From: Candidatus Aminicenantales bacterium
Lineage (GTDB): Bacteria; Acidobacteriota; Aminicenantia; Aminicenantales; Saccharicenantaceae
DNA: 64,000 bases
Assembly (NCBI GenBank): GCA_049512315.1
Contig: JBEKXF010000002.1
Coordinates: forward strand, 62,001 to 126,000
Direction of reading: 5' to 3'
In this document: piece after piece, positions 56,329 to 64,000 of the stretch
Layout of the letters: each line of letters begins with the position of its first letter
How positions within the stretch are numbered: the first letter of the stretch is position 1
The notes under the pieces: model-generated
The model's input: only the letters and a program-made list of their open reading frames with translations
What the model was told of the DNA's origin: nothing
Database searches by the model: none
Made by a program: the position numbers and the translations under genes

Positions 56329-58053
56329 ATGTCTCTGATCAAAAAACCGGGCCCGGCGCTGGTCCTCGTCGCGGCCCTCATCGTCACGGGATTGGCACTC
56401 GTTCACTCCCGCCCGGAAAAAGCGGGGGCGCCGGCGGCCGCCGACGAATTCGAGAACTGCACCGTCATTATGGTGGGGAAAGAGGCCTCGACGGACGGCT
56501 CGGTCATGGCGACCCACGCCGCCGATTGCGGAGTCTGCGATTTCACCTGGCGCCACGTGCCGGCCGCGGACCACAAGCCCAGCGATAAAAGGAAGATCTA
56601 CCACATCAATCAGATCCGGACTTGGCCCCCTTCCCAGGGCCTGAAGTGGGACCTGATCAAGAAAGATCTCACGGGCCTGGAGTTCCCCGAGGTCCCTCAT
56701 ACGTACGGCTATCATCATGCCGTCTTCGGCTATATGAACGACCAGCAGCTGGCCATCGGCGAGTCGACGATAGGAAACCAGCGCAAGATGTCGAACCCCA
56801 CGCCCTCGGGCGTCATGGACATCACCATGCTCACGCTCCTGGCCATGGAGCGGGCCCGGACCGCCCGGGAGGCCATCAAGCTCATGGGGGGCCTGGCCGA
56901 GCAGTACGGGTACGGCTTTCACGACTCGGGCGAGATGCTGGCCGTCGCCGATCCGAAGGAGGTTTGGGTCTTCGAGATCATGCCGGTCGGTCCCCTGTGG
57001 ACGCCCAAGACCGGCAAGCCGGGCGCCGTCTGGGCGGCCCAGCGTGTTCCCGACGACGAAGTCTCCGTCTGCCCGAACGAATCGCGCATCGGCGAGATCG
57101 ACCTCGCCCATGCGGAGTATTTCATGGCCTCGCCGAACGTCGTGTCCTACGCGGTCGAGGCCGGATTCTACGATCCCAAGAGCGGCAGACCGTTCAACTG
57201 GAAACGGGCCTACAACCCGGCCGAAGCGAGCGCCGCGACCGACCCCCGACGATCCCGGCTGTGGCGCTTCCTCGACCTCGTGGCTCCGTCGCGGAAGTTC
57301 AGCCCCGAAACTCCCAACATGGATTTCCCTTTTTCGGTGAAGCCGGACAGGAAGCTCTCCGTGGAGGACGTCATGGCCATGACCCGGGACAAGTCGCAGG
57401 GAACGGCCTTCGACCCGGTCCGCGGCCTCCGGGGCGGCCCCTTCCAGAACCCGAATTACTACAAGGGGACTCGGCTGATCAGCGTCCCGAACGTCGAGTA
57501 CACGACGGTCACCCAAAGCCGGGCCTGGCTCCCGGATAGCATCGGCGGCATTGTCTGGGTGGCCCTCGGCTCCCAGGATACGTCCTGCTACATCCCTTTC
57601 TATGCGGGCGTCACGGACATCCCGAAGTCCTTCTCCGTCGGCGACCACTGGGTCCTCAACCGCGAGGCCGCCCGCTGGGCCTTCGATTACGTGGATTTCC
57701 ATGTCCAGGTAGCCTACAACGCGGCCATCGTCGACGTCAGGGAAGCCCAAAGAAAATGGGAGAGTGAGGCCGTGGCCGGCGTCCAGGAGAGAGACCGGCA
57801 GGCCCAGGAGCTGTTCCGCAAGAGCCCCGCGGCCGCCGCCCGCTTCCTGACCGGCTATTGTCTGACAAACGCCCGGAACGTCATCGAAGCCTGGTGGAAA
57901 CTCGGGGACGACCTCTGGGTGAAATACAACCATGGCATGCTCTACAACGCGGGCAAGCGGCTGAGCGGTCGGATCCCCACGGCCAACCCGGAGTGGTGGA
58001 ACAGGGCCGTCCGGGCCCATGATGTCCTGACGGAGCCCGATGCGAAAAAGTGA
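56329..58053 (+). CDS. C69 family dipeptidase (Ntn hydrolase), exported, copy 1
   Basis: CTVIMVGK.AS.DGS nucleophile motif, MN..Q.AIGE.T, MERA.TAREAI, D..E.W..E, W.AQRVPDD, N.SRI. Confidence 0.88.
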   Translation: MSLIKKPGPALVLVAALIVTGLALVHSRPEKAGAPAAADEFENCTVIMVGKEASTDGSVMATHAADCGVCDFTWRHVPAADHKPSDKRKIYHINQIRTWPPSQGLKWDLIKKDLTGLEFPEVPHTYGYHHAVFGYMNDQQLAIGESTIGNQRKMSNPTPSGVMDITMLTLLAMERARTAREAIKLMGGLAEQYGYGFHDSGEMLAVADPKEVWVFEIMPVGPLWTPKTGKPGAVWAAQRVPDDEVSVCPNESRIGEIDLAHAEYFMASPNVVSYAVEAGFYDPKSGRPFNWKRAYNPAEASAATDPRRSRLWRFLDLVAPSRKFSPETPNMDFPFSVKPDRKLSVEDVMAMTRDKSQGTAFDPVRGLRGGPFQNPNYYKGTRLISVPNVEYTTVTQSRAWLPDSIGGIVWVALGSQDTSCYIPFYAGVTDIPKSFSVGDHWVLNREAARWAFDYVDFHVQVAYNAAIVDVREAQRKWESEAVAGVQERDRQAQELFRKSPAAAARFLTGYCLTNARNVIEAWWKLGDDLWVKYNHGMLYNAGKRLSGRIPTANPEWWNRAVRAHDVLTEPDAKK

Positions 58054-58107
58054 CCGCCGGTGCGGGCGGCCCGTGATCCAAGGGAAGCATCGACAAGGAG
58101 GCCATCC

Positions 58108-59844
58108 ATGAAATCTCGAAAAATCCCGTCCTTGGCCGGAGTCTTCTTCCTCACGGCCCTTCTGGCCGGGGCCCTCGCCAGCCAGAAAGCGGCCCCGCCG
58201 AAACTCGCTCAGGACGATCTCCTCGCCCCGCGCGAATCCTGCACGTCCATCCTCGTGGGCAAGGACGCCTCGGTCGACGGTTCGGTCATGACTACTCATA
58301 CCTGCGACTGCGGGATCTGCGACTGGACCTGGCGTCACGTGCCGGCGGCCGACCACAAGCCCGGCTCGACGCGCCGGATCCTCCACATTTCCCAGTACAA
58401 GACCTGGCCGCCGTCGGAGGGTCTCAAGTGGGACCTGGTCAAGAAGGATTACGCCGGATTCGACATCCCGGAGGTCCCGCACACCTACGGCTATCATCAC
58501 GGGATGTTCGGCTACATGAACGAGAACCAGGTGGCTATCGGCGAATCGTCGATCGGCAACCAGCGCAAGCTGTCGAACCCGACCCCTGCGGCCGGCCTGG
58601 ACCTCACCATGCTGACCCTTCTCGCCATGGAGAGGGCGAAGACGGCCAGGGAGGCCATTCAGATCATGGGAAGCCTGGCCGAGAAGTACGGGTACGGCTT
58701 CCACGACGAGGGTGAGATGCTCGCCGTCTCCGACCCGAACGAGGCCTGGATTCTCGAGATCCTGCCCGTGGGGCCGTTGTGGACGCCCAAGAGTGCCAAG
58801 CCCGGGGCCGTTTGGTGCGCCGAGCGCGTGCCCGACGACCAGGTCAGCGTCTGTCCCAACGAATCACGGATCGGCGAGATCGACCTGGCCAATAAGGACA
58901 TGTTCCTCGCGTCGCCGAACGTCGTCTCCTCCGCGGTCGAGATGGGCTTCTACGACCCCAAGAGCGGCAAGCCCTTCAATTGGAAGAGGGCCTACTCCCC
59001 GCAGGAGGGCAGCGCCGTGAGCACGAACGGGCGGATCCAGAGGCTGTGGCGGTTCTTCGACCTCTCCGCCCCTTCCCTGAAGCTCAGGCCCGAAACGCCC
59101 AACATGGACCTTCCCTTCTCCGTCAAGCCGGACCGCAAACTATCTCTCCAGGACGTCATGGACATGACCCGGGACCGGAGCTACGGGACGCCCTTCGACC
59201 CCGTCCAGGGGATCCGCGGCGGGCCTTTCAAGAACCCCAGCTATTACCGGCAGACCCGGCTCATCGACGACGGCCGGGCCGAGTACACCACGGTCACCCA
59301 ATGCCGCGCCTCCCTGCCCGGCCCCATCGGAGGGATCGTCTGGATCTCCTTCGGGTCCCAGGACACGGCCTGTTACATGCCCTTCTACGCAGGGGCTGCG
59401 GAGCTGCCGGGGTCTTTTGCCGTCGGGGACCATTGGACCTTCAGCCGCGATTCGGCCCGCTGGGCGTCCGACTATGTCGATTTCCACGTCCAGGTCGCCT
59501 ACTCCGAAGCCATCAAGGACGTCAAGGCCGCCCAGGCGCGGTATGAGGGCGAGACGATCGCCCAGATCCCCGAAATCGACAGGCAAGCCCTGGAGCTTTA
59601 CAAGAAGAAGCCCGCGGAAGCGACGAAGTTCCTGACGGCCTTCGGCCTGAACAACGCCAAGACGGTCCTCGACGCCTGGTGGAAGCTCGGCGACGACCTC
59701 TTGGTCAAGTACAACCGGCTCTATCTCTACGATACCCAGAAAAGGATCTACGAGCGGGGCAAGCCGGCCACGCCGGACTGGTGGAAAAAAGCGGTTCGGG
59801 TCTTCGATATCCTGTCGGAACCGGAGAAAAAGGACAACCGCTGA
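58108..59844 (+). CDS. C69 family dipeptidase, exported, copy 2
   Basis: CTSILVGK.AS.DGS and the same motifs as copy 1; AAGGAGG RBS. Confidence 0.88.
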   Translation: MKSRKIPSLAGVFFLTALLAGALASQKAAPPKLAQDDLLAPRESCTSILVGKDASVDGSVMTTHTCDCGICDWTWRHVPAADHKPGSTRRILHISQYKTWPPSEGLKWDLVKKDYAGFDIPEVPHTYGYHHGMFGYMNENQVAIGESSIGNQRKLSNPTPAAGLDLTMLTLLAMERAKTAREAIQIMGSLAEKYGYGFHDEGEMLAVSDPNEAWILEILPVGPLWTPKSAKPGAVWCAERVPDDQVSVCPNESRIGEIDLANKDMFLASPNVVSSAVEMGFYDPKSGKPFNWKRAYSPQEGSAVSTNGRIQRLWRFFDLSAPSLKLRPETPNMDLPFSVKPDRKLSLQDVMDMTRDRSYGTPFDPVQGIRGGPFKNPSYYRQTRLIDDGRAEYTTVTQCRASLPGPIGGIVWISFGSQDTACYMPFYAGAAELPGSFAVGDHWTFSRDSARWASDYVDFHVQVAYSEAIKDVKAAQARYEGETIAQIPEIDRQALELYKKKPAEATKFLTAFGLNNAKTVLDAWWKLGDDLLVKYNRLYLYDTQKRIYERGKPATPDWWKKAVRVFDILSEPEKKDNR

Positions 59845-59855
59845 GGAGGAATGCC

Positions 59856-60509
59856 ATGAGTATCCTTTGTAAACTGACCATCCTCGCGACCGGCCTCGCC
59901 CTGCTGGCCGCGCCGGCCGCTCCCGCCCAGACCGTTCCCAAGGCCGGACTCCCCGTCCTGACGACGTCGGCCGGCCAGAGCACCGACGTCGAGACCCTCA
60001 ATATCGTCATGGAGGAGGCCGGCATCAAGTATGATTACTGCGACGTCCCCACGGCAGACATGCTGGCGTCCGGCGTCGGCCTGGGCGGGAAACAGTCCGG
60101 GCCCGGCTTCCATGTCGAAGTCACCACCGACACCGCCAGGTTCCCCGTCGGGACGCCCTACAAGGCGGTCATCTTCGCCATCGGGGCCAGCCTGAAGGGC
60201 ATGGGCGCCTCCGGGCTCACCCTCGAGAGTGAGGAGGCCCGGATCAAGAAGCTCGTCGACTTCTGCAAGCAGAAGAAGATCCTGATCATGGCCGTCCATA
60301 TCGGCGGCGAGTCCAAGCGGGGGGCATCCGGCAGCGATAACGAGCGGATGATCGACGCGGTGGCCCCGTTCGCCGATTACCTCGTCGTCACCAAGGACAG
60401 CAACAAGGACGGCCGGTTCACCAAGCTGGCCAAGGGCCGAAACATTCCCTTGACCGAAATCGACTTTGCCCTCGGCCTCGTGGACATCCTCAAGCAGGTC
60501 CTGCTCTAA
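59856..60509 (+). CDS. DUF6305-like exported protein
   Basis: Signal peptide; VLTTSAGQS.D, IGASLKGMGASG, HIGGESKRG, NKDGRFT; GAGGAGG RBS. Confidence 0.65.
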   Translation: MSILCKLTILATGLALLAAPAAPAQTVPKAGLPVLTTSAGQSTDVETLNIVMEEAGIKYDYCDVPTADMLASGVGLGGKQSGPGFHVEVTTDTARFPVGTPYKAVIFAIGASLKGMGASGLTLESEEARIKKLVDFCKQKKILIMAVHIGGESKRGASGSDNERMIDAVAPFADYLVVTKDSNKDGRFTKLAKGRNIPLTEIDFALGLVDILKQVLL

Positions 60510-60585
60510 GACACGGAGGTTTGATCCGGCCTCTACGGGCGCGACCTCGGGCCCGTCGATATCCCGACCGGGGAGGAGATCACTC

Positions 60586-62910
60586 ATGAACCAGCGGATT
60601 TTCATCAAGGCCACATTTCTCCTGTCGGCTCTGATCCTGATGACTTTTTCGCCCCCCGCCGGAGCCTCCGAGGCAATCCCCCGGGCCAGGTATCTTGCCT
60701 ACGCCCGGGCCTCGGCCGATTGGGCCTACGCGCATTCCGCGGACGTGCTGACTCAATGGAAGAAGACCTTCGATCCCCTCAACGTCTTCGGCTACCGCCC
60801 CCCGGGAGGGTTCCTGGAAACGGCCGTCATCTATTCCTATCTTTATGAAAAGGAAAAAAAGCCCGAATACGCCGACCGGGCCAAGGCCATCCTCCTCTCC
60901 TATGGCGATTGCCGCTCCGCCTACCCTGAATCGTCCGTCAAGCTCAGGCCGGACTATGCCGAGGGCGTCCCGGCCCTGCCAGATTTCTTCACGGGCATGA
61001 GGTACATCCGGGCCTACGACACGCTGCGCCGCCTCGGCCGCTTCTCGCCGGAAGAGAAAATGAAGGCGGAAGGCCTCATTGCCGAGAGCATGCGCTACCT
61101 CCTTCGGACCCAGGAGTGGGGGCCGATGAACCGGTCCGCGCTCCGGGCCGAGTCCCTGGCCTGGGCTGTCCGGGCCCTCCCCGACTACCCAGAAACCCCG
61201 AAGTGGGAGATGCAGCGGCAGGCCTTGGGTAACGACAACTGGGGCCATTGGGAGATCGAGGACGCCACGATCTACAACGGGGTCTGGCTCTACTCCATCC
61301 TGGGCTACGCCGACGCCATGGGAAAAATGGATGATCTCTTCAAGACGCCGGAGATCTCCTATTATGCCCAGTATTACACGCACCTCATGAGCCCGGCCGG
61401 GATGATCCCCGACTTCGGCGACGCCCATTGGATGTCGAACTGGACCCATTTCCTGGTCTTCTTCGAGGCGGCTGCGGCCCGCTTAAAGGCCCCCGCCCTC
61501 AAGTGGGCGGCGGACACAATCGCCGCCAGGTTCGTCGATTTCGCGAGCCCGGCCAACGTCGGGCTCGGGGCCATGCTCCTCGACTGTTACCGATGGGGAA
61601 CGGACGATGTCAGGCCGGCCCCGCCCTCCGAGCTGTCCGGAGAAGTCATGGAGGACATCGTGGGCAAAAAGATCGTCTTCCGGGACGGCTGGACCCCCCG
61701 ATCGACCTACCTCCTCCTCAATTACCGGGACGAGGGGGACGGCGGCCTGAACTATCGGGACTATCTGAGGGACTCCATCCCCGTTGAAGAAGAAAAGACG
61801 ACTCACGGCCACGCCGACGAGAACAGCCTCGTCCTCCTCATGTCGGGAGGCTCGGTCCTCCTCCATGACGCCGGCTATCGGGACTACATGCCGTCCGGCC
61901 CGTTCGGCGCGTATCGCCAGGACTATTTCCACAACCGGCTGTGCGTCCGGCCGGAGAAGGTCTGGATGGGGCAGAAACAGGGCGAGTATCGCTACAGCAT
62001 CCGCGACGCCGTTCCCGGCCAGGACCTCCTCGGCTTCCTCCGGGACGCCGGCTCCTACCGTCGGACGCGGACCCAAAAAGTCGACTTCCTGACGTTCCCG
62101 GACTTCGATTACAGCCGGACGCGTGTGACCGATGACAATTGGGGTTATCAATCCGACCGGGTCGTCGTCTATGTCAAGGATCCCGGGTGCTTTGTCGTTT
62201 TCGATATCTTCAAGGCCCTCCGCGAAGAATATTTCACCCTGGCCGGCCTCTGGCACACTCAGAAGATCTTCGCCCGGGGCGAACACTGGTATGACACCGG
62301 ATATGAGAGGATCCAGAGCTCCGAGCTCGGGACGGACCGGCGGCTGCTCATCGCTTTTCCCTCCCCGCAGGCCGTGATCGAGGGGACGGAACCGGAGAGA
62401 AGACATTACCAGGACGAGTGGTTGATCCATCAGACCAGGGCCCAGCATTTCGAGCTCGGCGGGACGGCCGTCCTCGTCTCCGTGCTCGTCCCCCACGGCG
62501 CTGCGGACGACCCCCGGCCATGGCTCGAGCGGATCTCGCTCGCGCCCGCCGGGCCGGAAGGAAAGGCCGTCGGCGTCAGGATCCGGAGCGGAGAGAGGGA
62601 CGTCTGGATCGGCGTCAAGACGGACCTCCGGATGGACATCAGCCGCGATATGCGGCGCCCCCGCTACACCTACGACGCCGGCCGGATCCGGGTCGGGGAG
62701 ATCGAGACGAACGGGGATTTCCTTTTCGCGTCCAAAGAGGAGGGCCGGCTGCGCTACACGATCGTCAACCTGACCAAAGCCCTGTTCAAAGGTTCGCCGC
62801 TCGTCGAGGTCAAGGACTCCCTCTACGGGCTGGCCTTCGACGCGAGCCCGGACCAGGCCGGGACCGGCAAGCTGCGCTACTGGAGGGACGAAGCTGTCAT
62901 CAAGAGATAA
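60586..62910 (+). CDS. Exported heparinase II/III-like (alpha/alpha toroid plus beta-sandwich) protein
   Basis: Signal peptide; P.GMIPDFGD, HGHADENS, DAGY..Y, HN motifs typical of Hepar_II_III-fold proteins. Confidence 0.55.
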   Translation: MNQRIFIKATFLLSALILMTFSPPAGASEAIPRARYLAYARASADWAYAHSADVLTQWKKTFDPLNVFGYRPPGGFLETAVIYSYLYEKEKKPEYADRAKAILLSYGDCRSAYPESSVKLRPDYAEGVPALPDFFTGMRYIRAYDTLRRLGRFSPEEKMKAEGLIAESMRYLLRTQEWGPMNRSALRAESLAWAVRALPDYPETPKWEMQRQALGNDNWGHWEIEDATIYNGVWLYSILGYADAMGKMDDLFKTPEISYYAQYYTHLMSPAGMIPDFGDAHWMSNWTHFLVFFEAAAARLKAPALKWAADTIAARFVDFASPANVGLGAMLLDCYRWGTDDVRPAPPSELSGEVMEDIVGKKIVFRDGWTPRSTYLLLNYRDEGDGGLNYRDYLRDSIPVEEEKTTHGHADENSLVLLMSGGSVLLHDAGYRDYMPSGPFGAYRQDYFHNRLCVRPEKVWMGQKQGEYRYSIRDAVPGQDLLGFLRDAGSYRRTRTQKVDFLTFPDFDYSRTRVTDDNWGYQSDRVVVYVKDPGCFVVFDIFKALREEYFTLAGLWHTQKIFARGEHWYDTGYERIQSSELGTDRRLLIAFPSPQAVIEGTEPERRHYQDEWLIHQTRAQHFELGGTAVLVSVLVPHGAADDPRPWLERISLAPAGPEGKAVGVRIRSGERDVWIGVKTDLRMDISRDMRRPRYTYDAGRIRVGEIETNGDFLFASKEEGRLRYTIVNLTKALFKGSPLVEVKDSLYGLAFDASPDQAGTGKLRYWRDEAVIKR

Positions 62911-62916
62911 GGCGGC

Positions 62917-63438
62917 TCAGACGGGCAGGCCCTGCTGCTTTCTCTGCGCGTTCTTCTGGAGCTCCTGGCCGTCGGCGAGAAGTCCGGCCAGTTTGTCGAG
63001 GGTCATCCGGATCTTGATATTGGCGAGCTTTCTTTTCCCCGACTTCTGGGTCTCGAAATGGGCCTGGAGGTAGCTCTCAACCTCCTGGGCGCTCATGATG
63101 TTCTTGACGAAGTCGTCGGCGGTGAGCTCCGCCTTCAGGTCCTCGAGCGTCTGGCCCTGGACGACGATCTTGTTCTCGACGAGCGCCTTGGACCTCCATT
63201 GCTCGAAATCCTTGGCGGCGTACACCGGAATGGGGCCCAGGAGCTTCTTGGCGTCCTGGAGCGTCTGATCGAAAAAGGCCTTCCCTTCCTTGAGGAAATT
63301 CCGGGCCCGGTAGTATTGGGGATCGCTCGCCGCGATGCGGTCTCCGAGGTAGTCCCTGAAGGTTTTGATGGAATCCGAGAGGAGCTCGAAGCACCGCGTC
63401 GCCCGAATGTAGATTTCGCGCTCGACCTGGACCTGCAT
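62917..63438 (-). CDS. Hypothetical helical cytoplasmic protein
   Basis: 173-aa ORF with genome-typical codon bias; no motif recognised. Confidence 0.7.
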   Translation of the reverse strand: MQVQVEREIYIRATRCFELLSDSIKTFRDYLGDRIAASDPQYYRARNFLKEGKAFFDQTLQDAKKLLGPIPVYAAKDFEQWRSKALVENKIVVQGQTLEDLKAELTADDFVKNIMSAQEVESYLQAHFETQKSGKRKLANIKIRMTLDKLAGLLADGQELQKNAQRKQQGLPV

Positions 63439-63515
63439 TTTCCCTGAACCCTGGGCCTCAATCTAGCATAGGCCTGGTCCGAAGTCAACGGGAGATTTAG
63501 GTCTTGATCCCAGCC

Positions 63516-64000
63516 CTATTTCCGGAGGATCGAGGCGGCGACGACGTTGGCGACTTTGCTCCGCATGGCGATGATCTCTCCCTTGTCGTCGGGGTGGACG
63601 CGGTTCGTCAGGAAGATGACGGCCGTCTTGGTCTCGGGGTCGATCCAAATCGACGTCCCCGTGTACCCCGAATGGCCGTAGGAGCGATAACTGAAAAGGT
63701 CGCCCCGGACCGTGCCGTAATCGGAGGTGAAGTCCCAGCCCAGGCCGCGGCCCGTGTCGGCGACCTTCGGGAAGACCTCCGTCATGCGCTCCACGGTGAG
63801 CGGGCTGAGGATGCGGACCCCGTTCCATTCGCCGCCGTTGAGCATCATCTGGGCAAAGACGGCCAGGTCGTCGGCCGTGGAGAATAGACCCGCGTTGCCT
63901 GAGACGCCGCCCTGGAGCCTGGCCAGGGGGTCATGGACGACGCCGCGGAGCGGGCTGCCGTCCACGACCTGGGTCGGGACGCAAAGCGGGAGGAATTGGG
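63516..64000 (-). CDS. Serine hydrolase, beta-lactamase family; 3' part only (runs off window end)
   Basis: GVVHDP.A, G.AGLFSTA.DL, GLGWD, YGHSGYTGTS.WIDP, FLTNRVHP. Confidence 0.85.
   Translation of the reverse strand, partial: QFLPLCVPTQVVDGSPLRGVVHDPLARLQGGVSGNAGLFSTADDLAVFAQMMLNGGEWNGVRILSPLTVERMTEVFPKVADTGRGLGWDFTSDYGTVRGDLFSYRSYGHSGYTGTSIWIDPETKTAVIFLTNRVHPDDKGEIIAMRSKVANVVAASILRK

Overview
A GC-rich, gene-dense chromosomal window from a diderm bacterium (it has two Omp85-family genes). The mix of exported glycosidases, peptidases and BNR/VPS10 propellers resembles Ca. Aminicenantes/Acidobacteriota, but that is inference only. In order it holds: the 5' part of dnaX; an EamA transporter; a W-rich lipoprotein behind a sigma54-type promoter; rocD; two tRNA-Ser genes flanking hom; tadA and thrC; a saccharopine/lysine dehydrogenase - VPS10 propeller - D-cysteine desulfhydrase unit; a URO-D-family gene relic; GH38, GH127, GH20 and GH29 glycosidases; mscL and ggt; a fused Fe-S flavoprotein with a sarcosine/proline-oxidase beta-like partner; an iron/B12-type ABC importer; PilZ, ADP-ribosylglycohydrolase and acyl-CoA ligase genes; a candidate 3-keto-glycoside cleavage unit; a DAK2-DegV fusion; and a zincin-propeller-Omp85 protein. 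The best candidate for an undescribed system is a seven-gene operon at about 53.6-62.9 kb: DctM-like permease, a 51-aa membrane protein missing from the ORF track, an AstE/AspA-type Zn deacylase, two tandem C69 peptidases, a DUF6305-like protein and a heparinase II/III-like protein. I saw no CRISPR array, rRNA, transposase or integrase. All family calls come from motif recognition, not database searches.
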